From the NCBI RefSeq assembly GCF_001194135.2, contig NC_068986.1, positions 1,232,331 through 1,296,330 of the forward strand: DNA of 64,000 bases, given 5' to 3'. Within the stretch, counting starts at the first letter, position 1. Each line of letters starts with the position of its first letter. This document shows, piece by piece, positions 49,291 through 62,039 of the stretch. The DNA is from Octopus bimaculoides (Eukaryota). The notes beneath the pieces are model-generated. The model was not told the origin of the DNA, searched no databases, and worked only from the letters and a program-made list of their open reading frames with translations. Made by a program: the position numbers and the translations under genes.

Positions 49291-50661
49291 GTAAGTAACA
49301 TTTTACCCATTTTGTGTAGAACAAAGTAAACATCTGCGTTTGATTGCTTTGATTGAAACATACCAAATGCCAAAGTACTATGTTGATGGGAAAAAAAGTC
49401 ATTTAATTAGTGTTCCAGTCATGTCCGCCCTGTCTATATTGTGAGCATGCTGTTTAATTGTTTAAAACTTAAAATATACAGTTTGAAGTACTCTTGCTGT
49501 ATCACTTCAGTTTTGCTTTTAATAACAACTGTGTATTCTATCTAATTGATATTACATGAAAAGTTAATGATGATAGCCATATTAAAATGTGCTGTAATCT
49601 TGAAAATGATAATATTTTTATAATATGTTAGATGAAAACAATCCTGTAATGGGATAACAATTGATAGCATTTGAATAATGTATGACAAAAAAAATCCACT
49701 AAATGACACTAAAAGATGTTTTGTTATTTCAAGATATTTTCATTAGCCAGGCATTTTTTGCCATTTTTCTTCCGAGAAGATCATGGCTATAATAAATCTG
49801 TAATGGCTACTGTTCAATTGGTAGGGTTGGCTCTGACAGAGCAGAATTATGGACAGGAAATTATGACAACTGGTTTAACCTCATCACCTAGTGCTTCAGT
49901 GCTTTTAATAGAGTCCATTCTATACTAGTATTCAGGTTAGGTCTTTGGAACAAGGATAACTTTGCCACTTTCCCCCAGCAGCCCTGGAAGGAGTCATGAG
50001 TACTGCCCCTCCTCCTCTTCTTAGAAAACCTTTTAAAAATCAATTCAAACACATTGATAATCGACAGATGAAGAACATCGGTTACAGTGCGGTCCTATTT
50101 TTATCCTAGACTATACTTAACATTACTTTTTTCTCTCTGATACAAGTAACATACATACATACATACATTAATGCATGTGTGTTTGTTTGTATAATATATA
50201 AGTACTATCATTGGTAAAGGTCCTGATGAACTGAGTTTGTCACACCCTTTCAATTTCTTATGTGTTAGGCCATAATCAGTACAATTTAGATGGACAATAT
50301 ATTTCAGGTTGACATGCCTTTAATTTCTGTTATGTACAGTAGTACTCTCAAAACACAATGTGACATATATTCACTTTTTTAAAATGAATTTATAACAAGG
50401 TATAGTTAAGAAGTTGAGGTGTGTGGTTTGGAATTTGGTCTCACCTTTGTGGTAACATTTTAAACAAGTGTTTTCTATCATGGCAGAATCTCTGTGGAAG
50501 TCTGTTGTTTATGTGTGAACAAGTGAGTGAACAAATCATAGAAAGTAGCACTCAGCATCTTTGGTTAGAGTTACACACATTTGATAACAGTTTGTCTCTG
50601 AAAATATGATAAGGTAGACATGTCTTGTGCCTATGAAACTTTAAGTGATGTATAGCTGAGT

Positions 50662-50704
<43 letters not shown>

Positions 50705-50819
50705 NNNNNNNNNNNNNNNNNNNNNNNNNNNNNNNNNNNNNNNNNNNNNNNNNNNNNNNNNNNNNNNNNNNNNNNNNNNNNNNNNNNNNNNNNNNNNNNN
50801 NNNNNNNNNNNNNNNNNNN
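50705..50819. other. Assembly gap (N) between (CA)n and (TA)n
   Basis: 115 Ns. Confidence 0.99.
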
Positions 50820-50861
<42 letters not shown>

Positions 50862-53800
50862 GTATATAGGTATATGAACCTCTCAAGGCACAGCTTAATT
50901 TGACTATCCAAGGATAATAATAATGAAAGTGTTTTAAAAGTAATTAGGAATTATTTGGTCACTATGACCAATGTCTATGTGAAATAAATAAACAAAGACA
51001 ATTAATCTCAAATATATCCATATAAAGAAAATATGCATATATTTACCTAATGGTAACATTCAGGAACCTCTAGATGTTTCTGTAACTTCTCTCTTCTTCC
51101 AGTGGTGTAAAAAGAGACAGGTGGCTATGAAACATTTCTATAAATCATTTCGTGTAGCAAAAATATATTGTGATATTTAGATATTTAGTGACATCCCTTT
51201 CCACTAAGGTAGACTTAGCCAATCAATAAATAGACATTGCTAAAATAAATACCTGATTAAGAACAGGAGTTGATATAATTGACTAAAACCAATGAAATCA
51301 GTGCCCCGTAATGACTACAGCTTAAATGCTGAAACCAGTAAAAGAATTAGATAATCTATTTATGTAGCTCTGTTTTGTCATTTATGACTCATTTTTGTTT
51401 TATTCATGATTATTTTGGCATTTCTTGACAAAAGTTGTTCCTGGATATTTTCAGTTAATTTTGGAATAAAAAATAACATTAAAATCTTTCCTTGTTGTTG
51501 GCTCATAACCTAAAATAAATTTACTTAACTCTGCTCAGTTTAATTTAGATGATAAAGCAGTAGTAGTTCTACACTAAAAATATTTGTTTGTGTTTTCCTT
51601 CTCTTCTCTTCCACTTACTTTTTTCTCTTCCTCCTTCTCTTCATTTCGTTTTCCTTTCTTTTCATTTTTTTTTTTTTGTCTTTGTCATTTTTTTTTATCT
51701 TCATTATTTATCATCAATTTTTAAAAATTATTGTATAGTTTCTTCTGTGGTTAATCATGATGTAAATTATATTTAGTATGATGTTACTTGTTAGCCATAT
51801 AAGTGTATGTATGCATGATAACATAGTAATATGATGACAAATGTGCAGCAAAAAAAGTCTTTTATTTTCCTAAGTATTATTTCAAAACTTTTGGGCTTTT
51901 GAAAGGAATTCTTGGTTTTGTTAACCTTAAAATATTACACTGTCCCCTTCTTTACTGTCCTTTAGAAAAATGGTAAAAGCAGAAGTAGATAAAAAAATTC
52001 TCAAATTATCTTAATCCTTCCATGTCCTCAGCTTTTTGAATATCTGTGAACCAACAAGAAAACAACAAGGGATTTAATGGTCAATTTCCCTGCTAAAACA
52101 AGGGTTAGCTGTGCAGGCCCTTTGACAGATCTCTCTATTTTACCTTATCCTCTCCACCCCTTTGCCTTCATTCCTTCTTCCATCATCTTTAGTTATGTTT
52201 TCTCTTGGTCTTCACTCCTACTTCTTTCCACATTCATTCCCGACACTTTTTCTCGGTCATTTTCATCCCTCCTCAGCACATGATCCAGGCATTTCATCCC
52301 ATTACTCTTTGCAACATCTATCACTAGCTCTATTCCGATCATTCTCTCCAATTCATTGTTTGCCCTCCCTTCTCAGCCAAACCCTCTTCGTCCATTGAAT
52401 CGTTCTCATTTACATTCTATGGTGCCCCTCATTCGTTACACATGTCTCACTCCCATAAATCATAGCATTTCTTGCACATGTGTGTCTGTCTGTTTGTCTG
52501 TCCCCTACCACCACTTGAAAATCAGTGTTAGTGTGTTTAAATTTAGAACTGTATAGTGTGTTTATGTTCCCATAACTTGGCAGTTCAACAAAAGAGACTG
52601 ATAAAATAAGTACCAAGATTTAAAAAAAAAAGTACTGGGGTCAATTCACTTATGGGTTAACTATCAGATCTTGAATTTGCCCTTCTACATTGCAAAATTT
52701 GCCTTAGGAATCTGTATGTATCCCAGACTGACAAAGTTGATGCAGTTTTGTTTTGTTTTGTTTTTCTGGAACAACTGAAAGTTAATTACAGGTAGGACAT
52801 AGACAGGAAGTAATTCCAGAGGTTTAAATATGGGGGATGAAAGATTGGATGAAGTAATTAGTGTAAGGATAGGTGAGAAGACAGGAGGGAAGTGAGATGA
52901 GTGAGTCAGGTGGGCATGAGTGGAAGTGGAAATTTTGTACCACTTCCACAAATTTAATTAGCTCTGATGAATTGAGACTTTTGTAGTCAAGGCATAAAAA
53001 GCAGGGTGGAGGGATTATATGTAGGGCAAAATTTGGAGTGTGTTGGCACCATGCAAATCAGTCAGGTGACCCTTTTCTGGTTGCAGTCTAGGATAGTCAT
53101 GTGTGCAGCAGCAGCAGCAGCAGTAGCAACAGCAGTAGTAGCAGCAGCACTGTCCCAGATGTGGGAGTAATATTCTTGTGTGGGTTTTACTCGAATCTTA
53201 AAGTTAGCAGCTGTTGAGACATGAAATATTTTCTACCCCTAAAGAGAAAGGTCAATCTTTGGGATGCAGTTTTGCTATGTCATGAATATGAGATCACCAG
53301 GACCATTGATAATTGAGAAGGGGTATATGTGCAAAATATTGCAATACTTGTTAAATATTTGCCAATACTAAATCCTCTGCTTCTACATTTTAAGTTGAAG
53401 ATCTGCTGTAGTTGGCATAAGCTTTCATCTGTGTTTGATTGATAAATAATGAATTAATTCAATCGCCTGTCTCCTTTTCTCATTAATCTGGTATCTCGTG
53501 CCACTCTCTCATGAAATTGTAGCATTGTGCCAGATCATTTTTATATCTGCTTTTCCATGCTAGCATGGGTTAGGGTGGGAGTTTTGGGGGCAATGTTTAC
53601 AGCTGGATGTCCTTCCTGACACCAATCCTTTTAATCACTTCTTATGATACACAGGCATATGGTGCATTATAAAACCTGGGATTCACACAGTATAAAAATA
53701 CAATCAATATTGCTTATAATTTTACATATTATAATTTAATTCATTTATTGTCATTTCTTGGCTGTAATACGTTTTATTATTATGCTCTGCTGACATTCCA

Positions 53801-53896
53801 GATATTTCCAGTTTTAATGACTTCTTTCTTATGTTTGCAACTCTTCAGAAATTCTTTTATGAAAGTAAGCCATTAATGTCAACTTTTTCGTTTTAG

Positions 53897-54082
53897 GTGG
53901 AAGAAGCCAAAGCTGACCCAAACGAAAGGGATTTTGATGGTGCTACACCTTTACACTTTGCAGCCAGCTGTGGTCAAGCCAAAGTTGTTGAATGGCTTTT
54001 GCAGTCAGGCGGAGCAACAATTTCCATGGATAAAACTGGAGCTACTCCATTACATAATGCAGCTGAAATTGGCCAGTTGCAG
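53897..54082 (+). CDS. ESPN: Next coding exon (186 nt, phase 0/0) of the espin/forked-family gene
   Basis: Acceptor ctttttcgttttag|GTG and donor CAG|gtagat; in frame with the preceding exon. Translation [62 protein letters not shown] matches the recalled espin/forked pattern D.DGAT.(L/M)HFAASRGH..V..WLL..G. Confidence 0.88.
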
Positions 54083-55054
54083 GTAGATTCAACTATTTAT
54101 TAATTCACGGTGGGGTTGTAGAGTTGTCTAACAAGTGACTTGATCTGAGAGTTTGAGTTGAAATGGAAGCAATTGCATCATGGAAGAGTCATTTTAATCA
54201 TTTTATATATTAAAAAAAAATGTGAAATTCGCTTTTCATTTATCTTTTGATATAGTTCCTCACACCTCAAGAAATCAGAGAAAAATGAATTTAGCAATAA
54301 TTGTTTGTTTTTAGTGACTAGAATTACTTTTCCATGATGTAATTGTTATTTACTAATAATTTTTATAATGAAACTGAATAAATGATTATTTATTTGATGT
54401 GTATTAATTCAGTAAATGCCATTTCAATCCTGAGAATCACACGTCTTTGAAATAAGTTAGATCAAATTGCTTTCCAGGTTGTCTGTTATAGCATACAATA
54501 TGGTACATCCATTCTCCGTGAAGGGGAGAAAGGATTGTTTTGAGAAATGTGAATGTACCATATTTTATAACATTAATGATAGAAAAGGAATTACTGCTTT
54601 CATATGAACGAGTCTATGTTGTGCGAAATATCCATTACCAAATTGATCACTAGTGGATGGTTTATTAGTAAAATGCAGTGCAATGAACAGCAAGTTTATC
54701 TCTCTGTTGCACAGACAGAGATGGGATGACGCCTTAAAGGCAAAGCAAGATGAAAATTTCCACCAAAACTAATCTTGAACTTGAAATTACTCTATTAGAA
54801 ATACTTACTGATCTAACTTCTGTATTTATGGTCATCATAATATTGATCTTTGGCTGCCATTGTTTTGATGCAAATGGATTTTCTAAAAGGCTTTGTACTA
54901 TGTATGAATACATCTCAGATAGGGAAAATGGTAGAATAAATAAGAAATGTTATCTATTGATTTATCAGTTGTCATCATTTTACTCTCTTTTGCTCTGAAA
55001 TATTAAAGTCATTGATTTGGTGACACCCATTAGCCATCTTAATAATACAGACAG

Positions 55055-55320
55055 TGAACTGGCAGAATCATAAGCACATTGGATAAAATGCTTTGTAGTA
55101 TTTGTTCTGGCTCCCTGCAGTCTGAGTTCAGATCCCACCAAGGTCAACTCTGCTTGCCATCTATCCAAGTGTGATAAGGAGCAATGGATTGATGAGATTG
55201 TTTGAACATCAGATGGAATACTTTGTTTCCATCTGCTTCCATTCTGTTTCCATTCTGAGTCCAGATTCCACTTAGGTGATTCAATTCTCACCACTGGCTG
55301 TGTTATCCACCTTTCACTGG
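55055..55320 (+). mobile_element. Family B SINE head(s), partly duplicated
   Basis: gaactggcagaatc...ctgagttcagatccc and a second ctgagtccagattcc. Confidence 0.5.
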
Positions 55321-57334
55321 ATAAGAGCATGTGTCAAAGTAGATAATGACTGACTGCATTCAGACTGGCTATCTATTGCTTCAGCACATTTGTGCTATAG
55401 ATACAGGGACTTTGAAGACAAACCACTCCGGGGATCAACTCGTAACTTCTTTCTCCTGACACATCAAACTCACAAATAAGGCTTCAGAGTTTCAGAAATT
55501 TCAGAAACATTCTCAACACTAAGGACACACTGCTACTGCCAATGGAAAAGAATTGCTGGTGCCAGTGGTATAATGGTCTAAAAACTTAATGGTTTCTGCT
55601 GCTGTTGTCTCTTGCATTTGCTTCGTTTCATGTCAGTTCTGTTTGAACAACCCAGAATCAAATGCCTTCCTGTTGTCACAGTCCTGTTTTCTTGCATTTC
55701 TTGGACTATGTTGCACAATTTTTCTGTTTTTTGTTTGTTTGTTTTGTTTTATAAGATGGTAGGGTGTGTTTTGAAGTAGATTTCATTACTATTTCTAGCA
55801 GGTTGAGTAATCTTATAGAAGCTCATAGGTTGTATTAACTTGTAATTGTTTCCCATATGGAAGGAAAATGAAGTTCAACTATAGAGTTTTTAAATAATGG
55901 TGTTGAAAAAGACATAGTTTTTGAATTATATAGAAGCTAATACTATAGTCATTTTGTTTTTGAAAATAGTTGTCATATCTTTGTAAAAATCTTGAGATTT
56001 CTTTCCAAAGCTAAGGTTTCTGATTTGATAGCTTGTGTTAAAATATTTGCATTGCAGCCCCATGCTTCTGGGTTCAGTTTTACTTTACAGTACCTTGTGA
56101 AAATATTTGTTTTCTACTGTACATCTTTGGGTTGACCATTGCCTTATGACTAGAAATGTGCAGAAGTCCATTATGCATGTGCATGTGTGTGCATGCGTGT
56201 GCATCATCATTCTCTGTCTCCCACTATTCCCTTCTTGTCACTCATTATTGACTTATGTCACTCTTATTCTCTTATCAACACCCATTTTCATCACAGTCTC
56301 TCATGTTACACTCTCCTCTACCACTCATTGTTAACATCCATCACTAATTCTCTCTCTCTCTCACTTTCTTTTATCACTCTCTCTTCTATCATCCAGTCTC
56401 CTTCTGATCACTTTCCCTTTGCTGATGCTGCTCTGTTCAATCTCCTTACCAACAACCATCATATAGCTGTGTGTCACTTCTTAGTGTATTCTTTCTACCA
56501 TGCTCTCATTCTGGTTACTGTTTCATAATTCTTTTTTTTTTTAATTTTCTGAGAACAAGACCATCCTCTGATAGTAGTAAATGAATGGAAACAGTATAAA
56601 GAGGACTCTTTAGTGCTGTCGGGGTCAAGGGAATTGCTAATGTGCTTAATGCTCCTAGTATTTTCTGTAAAATGGAAGGGCATATAGAAAGGACAGCTAA
56701 CAAGAGAAAGCATTCCAAAAATATAAAATATGAGCAAGATGTGGTCCCTGAACTAACTAGGAGGGCACTAGGAAAAGAAGAAAACTAACTTGATCTTTGA
56801 TAAATCATCTGATGCCATATTCTCATGCCAGCAAGGAAAAGCAAACATAAAAGGATATTGATAATGATAGTAATGATGCTGCTACTGATGATGATGGTGA
56901 CAGTGATGAAAATGATGAAGTATTATACAAAAATGTCAAATTAATTATGTTAGAAATTATCTAAAACTATTAGCATTTAATTTAAATATATTAACATTTA
57001 ATTTAAATATATTAACTCAACTGTGAAATCTGTCATTTACTAATTCTTGAAAATTATCCAAAACTTAGAGGAATTGACTAAAATACTTAACTTTTTTTTA
57101 ATCATTAATTGGTACATTAAGCCAATGTTTGGGATGGATTAATATTAAGGTCATTATATAAAATTATGAGGGAAAGTTTTAATGGAAATATGAATTTTTT
57201 TAAATGTGTAGTTTTTGTATTGCGGAATTGAAGGTGATCTTTGACAGACTGGCACTAAAATGGTTAAACAAATCGTTTTACTCTATCTCTCATTACATAT
57301 TCCTCAAATGTGGATATTTTAAATGTACTTATTC

Positions 57335-57605
57335 AATCAATCTCTTTTACCAAACTGCTAAGTTTCAGGGACATTAACACACCAACACCGGTTGTCAGGT
57401 GGTGGAAGTGGATACACATGCACACACAAACATATGTATGAATATATGTATGTATATGATGGGCTTCTTTCAGTTTCCATCTACCAAATCCACTCACAAG
57501 ACTTTGGTTGGCCTAAGGCTATAGTAGAAGACACTTGCCCAAGGTGCTATGCAGTGGGAATGAACCCGGAACCATGTGGTTGGGAAGCAAACTTATTACC
57601 ACATA
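57335..57605 (-). mobile_element. Family A SINE
   Basis: gggcttctttcagtttccatctaccaaatccactcacaag...gaagacacttgcccaaggtgc. Confidence 0.75.
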
Positions 57606-58373
57606 TCAATGCCTGTTTAAATACTTCATTTCTTAGAAAGACGTGACCCTTTTAAACACCCTGCACCTCCATCGTTGCAGTATCTCCTTGATGTTTGCCA
57701 TGGTTTTACATATACCCCACTCCCATCTCTCTATCTCTCTCTTATTCCTTCAATATACCAAAACACCAGACAAAACTATTCAATTAACCAACAGATATTA
57801 CTTCATAAATATTTAGTCTGTGTTCTTTCATGGTAATAACTTTTAAAATTCAGAATTCTAGTCAAACCAGACAAAAATATGCTTTACTTTACAATCAATA
57901 TTCTACCAATCCCTCATCTCCAATATTATGCACTTTTTCTATCCATTTTAATTTAGATTAATCTGTAAAGAGGTTTTTAAAATTCAATAAATTGCATCAA
58001 TCAGTTAACTTTTATATTTCCAGTGGGCCTCTATTACCAAACAGATATCATTGTTTTCCTTCTCCTCATCTTCTTTGTCCTCCTCCTCATCGATGTCATC
58101 AATGTCGTCATCATCTTATCACAGTTTTGCCAAGTTGGTAGCATGGTGTACATAGGCCATATAGCATATTCTATCATTTGATGCACAATAAAGATAAAAC
58201 TGCCATTTTCTGCTGCTGAGTTTGACATTTTTTGGTGGTGGTGGTTGTGGCGGTGGTGACAGCAGTGGCGGTGGCGGCAGCGGTGGTGTGGCTTTTATAG
58301 CTTGATGTCCTTATCATGAACCATTTTACAGCATATTTTGGATGCTTTTTATCATATTCTTGAACTCAGAGTG

Positions 58374-58535
58374 ATGGTACATGGCCTAGTGGTTAAGGTT
58401 TTCTGTTCATAATTATTAGATCATGGCTTTAATTCCTGAACCAGGTTGTGCATTGTGTTGTCGAGCAAAGACTTTGTTTCATCTTGCTCCAGTCCACTCA
58501 CATGTAAATGAATAACTCTGCAATGGACTGTGGCA
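58374..58535 (+). mobile_element. Family D SINE 5' part, fused to the truncated Tigger end
   Basis: catggcctagtggttaagg...gagcaaagactttgtttcatcttgctccagtccactca. Confidence 0.7.
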
Positions 58536-58536
58536 T

Positions 58537-59360
58537 TGAGTCATCCAGGCCTTGGTGTTAAAGTGATAATAAACAGGCAGCGTGTGTCTATTCACTTTTT
58601 TCAGTGCACGTGGATTTTGTGAGCGATAAATGAGGAGAGGCTTCAGTTTATATCCAGCGGCATTTCCACCCAACAACAATGTTATTCTATCCTTGAAAGC
58701 TTTAAAACCAGGCATAGTTTTTGCTTCCTTGCGGATGTATGGTCTCTCAGGCATTTTCTTCCGCCACAGCCCAGTTTCATCCACATTAAATATTTGTTCT
58801 GGACGAAAGCCACTATCGACGATCATTTTGTCGAAATCTTGAACGAGCTTCTCTGCTCCTTCCACATCGGCGCTCGCTGCCCCACCGCTGATGCTACGAT
58901 TATGCAGATTAATTCTCGAACAAAATCATTGAAACCAGCCATGGTTTGCCGTAAATGTCTCAGTTGATTCTTCTTCCTGTTGCTCCTCCAGTGTGGTGAC
59001 AATACTGCCTGCCTTTGCTTGGATAGTGAGAAGGCTCATCAGAATTCATTTTTGAATCTGATCCTCAATCCAGATTGCCAGCAACTTTTCCATCTCGTGA
59101 ATGAGACCTTTCCGATGTCTTGTGATGCATGCTTTAAAGCCTGTCGAACTTCTGGCTGCCTCCTTCACTTTCGCTTTATCCTTCAAAATAGTAGAGATGG
59201 TAGAATGTGCCAGGCCCGTATCGTCTGCGCTAGCTCTCACCTTTTTCCCGCCTTCGTAGTCTGTAATGATTTTCATTTTTGTGTCAAGGTGAATAGCTCT
59301 CCGTTGTTTCTTGGCGCTTCCTACTGCAGGTGAAGATGTATTCTTCCTCTTTGGAGGCAT
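58537..59360 (-). pseudogene. Tigger (TIGD1-like) transposase pseudogene: HTH-psq, CENP-B HTH and start of the DDE domain
   Basis: One frame from ATG at 59360: MPPKRK...LDTKMKII...GLAHSTISTILKDK...EMEKLLAIWIEDQIQK*...FTANHGWFQ*F...PEQIFNVDETGL...MPGFKAFKDRITLLLGGNAAGYKLKPLLIYRSQNPRALK...KAWMTQ. It has two in-frame TGA stops and no frameshift. Confidence 0.9.
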
Positions 59361-59666
59361 CTTGTAGTATGGGGTGCAAGAGATAATGGAAAAAAGAGAT
59401 GAAATAGTAATATCGGTACAGAGAGCGTCACTGTGTTGCCTGGCTGACCACAGGCGGGAGAATGAGAGAGCGAGCGTGTCGGTGGGTGAAGCTGGGTGCT
59501 CGGGATGCACTGCCATCATGACGGCAGTTCTCGTACAGCGCACAATACGACAGTCAAAGTTTCTAAGTTTTTATATTTTGTAAAATATGTAACAATGGCT
59601 CATAAAGTTTGTCGTAACTCCGAGTGGTCGTTAAATAGGTAGGTCGTTAAATGAGGACAGTCTGTA
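58537..59666 (-). mobile_element. Tigger/pogo-family DNA transposon, 5' part only (3'-truncated)
   Basis: On the minus strand: TA, then TIR-like CAGACTGTCCTCATTTAACGACC (59642-59664), a subterminal repeat of ggtcgttaaat (59626-59636), then a transposase frame. No second TIR was seen. Confidence 0.9.
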
Positions 59667-61049
59667 GTTGGATTTGCTTTGAGTGCTAGATTCATAATTA
59701 GGTCACCTTCACAATAGTTGAGAAGCTAAAATGGCTTTTAATTAACAAGAGAGTCAGCAATGATATTTTCACCTGGTCAGGTATAAAAGTTGTCTAGTTA
59801 GGAGACAAGAGATTAGAGAATTATGTGTGTACATATATAGTCTCCTTTCTTTGTTCATGGACACAATGCACCACCCAGTCTAGAAATTGAACCCATGATC
59901 TAATAATCATGAGCTGAACATCCTAACCACAAGGCCACAATATTGTGAAAGGACTTCACAATATCAAAACTGTTTGCTTTAGTTTAAAGCACATTGTTTC
60001 TCTTAAACCTCTGCCATAAATTAAGACCATAATGTTACAGCATTAGTAGAAGCTGATCTCAATTATTGTAGAAAGAAGAGAGCTGGGTGGAATATTTTGG
60101 CCAGATAAAGCAGATTTAAACGTTAAAAGCGGGTGTATGTGAAATTTGGCTGCTCTCTCTAGCAAGTCAGATGACCACTTCACTTACTAATGGAAACCCT
60201 CTCACTAGTTTGCGGAAAAGCCATGGCTTATCCTGAGTTTTGTGCTCTATAAATCTTAGGATGCAAATTTATATATAAACCATTATCTTAATTACATATA
60301 TTTGTGATATAATAAATTAATAAAGCACATTGAATTACTCATTAGTTTATCACAATCGTTCACAGTTTTGATTTTGTTGTTTAAGTTTATGAGCAATAAA
60401 TTGATTATATTTCTACTGAGAATCACTAGTTCATCATTTTTTGTGTGAATTCATTTCAGCACAAAAGTAGCAGTCGAATTGTTCACAATTTGTGAATAAA
60501 TATTTTGTACCCTGAAGTCAATTTTTTTTTTTAGGATTACATTATTTATTTTATAAACAATAATCATAAAAGGACTTTACAACATTTAAATTGTTTGCTT
60601 TTGTTTAAAACACATTATTTCTTCTAAACCTCTGCCATAAATTTACAACATTAATACAAGATCTTCATTGATTATAGTAGAAAAGGGCTGTTTCATTTTT
60701 TTGTTATTTAACTCCAGGTCAACCCTGATTAAATACACCTATAATGGGATGGTCACGCTATTCCAATTGTGGCCATCCTATCTTTTCCCTATATGTAAGG
60801 AATGCAAGGCCATATTATCTTGCATCCCCCACTTTTTTTCAAGAGAATAAGACATGATTTCAGAGACTTAGCTGTTATTTGTAGCAGGTCAAATTATATG
60901 TTAGTGTTATTTAGTCCCAAATCAATCTTCAAAGGCTTCTAACCTATGACCAAAGACATTCTTATTGTGACCACCCTGTTTTTTTTATGGTTATGTAGAA
61001 CAACATTGTCTTATGAGCCCTTTCCTTACTTAAAATGGTAAGGTGTGAG

Positions 61050-61571
61050 TTAACCCTTTAGCGTTCAGGTTGCTCTGTAAAATGTAGTGCTTGTTTATTC
61101 ACTTTGTTTTGAATTAATCATGTATTATTTTGTAGCCAGTGAAGGCATGTGGCTTAGTGGTTAGGCTATTTGGCTTGTGGTCATGAGTTCAATTCCTGGT
61201 GACTTGTATCCTTGAGCAAGATAATTATCTCATTTTGCTCCAGTCCACACAGCTGACAAAAATGAGTAGTACCTGTATTTCAAGAGCCAGCCTTGTCACA
61301 CTTTGTGTCACACTGAACTCCCCTGAGAACTACGTTAAGAGTATATGTGTCTGTGTATGAGGAGGCTGTTCCGTTGATCAGATTAACTGAAACCTTTGTC
61401 GCCGGAACCAGTGGAGTGTCATTTTGTAGCCCAAAGATTTTAATGATGCGTTTGTTTATTTTTAGAATGACGTTGTAGGATAGATGTGAGAGGCTGGATC
61501 TGGCCAGTTTGAACATGATACAGGTTGACTATTTGGGTTGGGTATGACCGGTTTAAACGCTAAAGGGTTAA
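61050..61571. mobile_element. piggyBac-like MITE with TTAA duplication, interrupted by a SINE
   Basis: ttaaccctttagcg ... cgctaaagggttaa. Confidence 0.8.
61138..61420 (+). mobile_element. Family D SINE inserted in a piggyBac-like MITE, with an 11-bp TSD
   Basis: tRNA-like head gtggcttagtggttagg...gagttcaattcc; TSD attttgtagcc at 61127-61137 and 61421-61431. Confidence 0.8.
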
Positions 61572-62039
61572 ATGAAATTTAGCTGCTTTCTCTAGCAGGT
61601 CAGATAACCACTTTGAAGTTACCTTGTCAGCTTAATAAATTATTGTGTAAGTGTGGAAGTTGGTGGTGATGGTAGTGTGTGGGTGTGCATGTGTGGAATG
61701 GGAGGGTGGTGTGTTTGCGTGTGTGTGCAGTGGGGGTGACTGAATGATTGTGTGTGGGTGTACAATAGTTTAATCCCTCCTCGAATGCTATAATAAGTAT
61801 ATTGTGTTGACTATACCTATAAAACATCTTTTTAATGTCATTAATCACACATTTTATTTTTATTCCTCTGTTTGACACATTAAACATATAATTACTTAGA
61901 ATGCACATGCTCTTATAGACTTGTGTACATCTTATAATAGCATCCAGAAATCTCGTATATCCACAATATAAATATAAAACTACCCTAACTGGTTTGTTTT
62001 GCTTCTTAAGCATTTAATCTACAAAATCTTTTATCTTTT

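Noticed and set aside
49716-49928. 70-aa ORF in the intron between the two espin exons, as an alternative exon
   Set aside because: It has an in-frame stop, no ankyrin similarity, and the two real exons already join seamlessly.
52960-53000. CTGATGA as a hammerhead core
   Set aside because: There is no GAAA/NUH in register.
56570-56615. cct-CTGATAG...GAAACAGTA..agagg hammerhead-like string
   Set aside because: The core is altered, stem II is unpaired and stem I is out of register; too degenerate to support.
58630-59583. Plus-strand ORFs of 70, 117 and 69 aa
   Set aside because: They are antisense shadows of the Tigger element.
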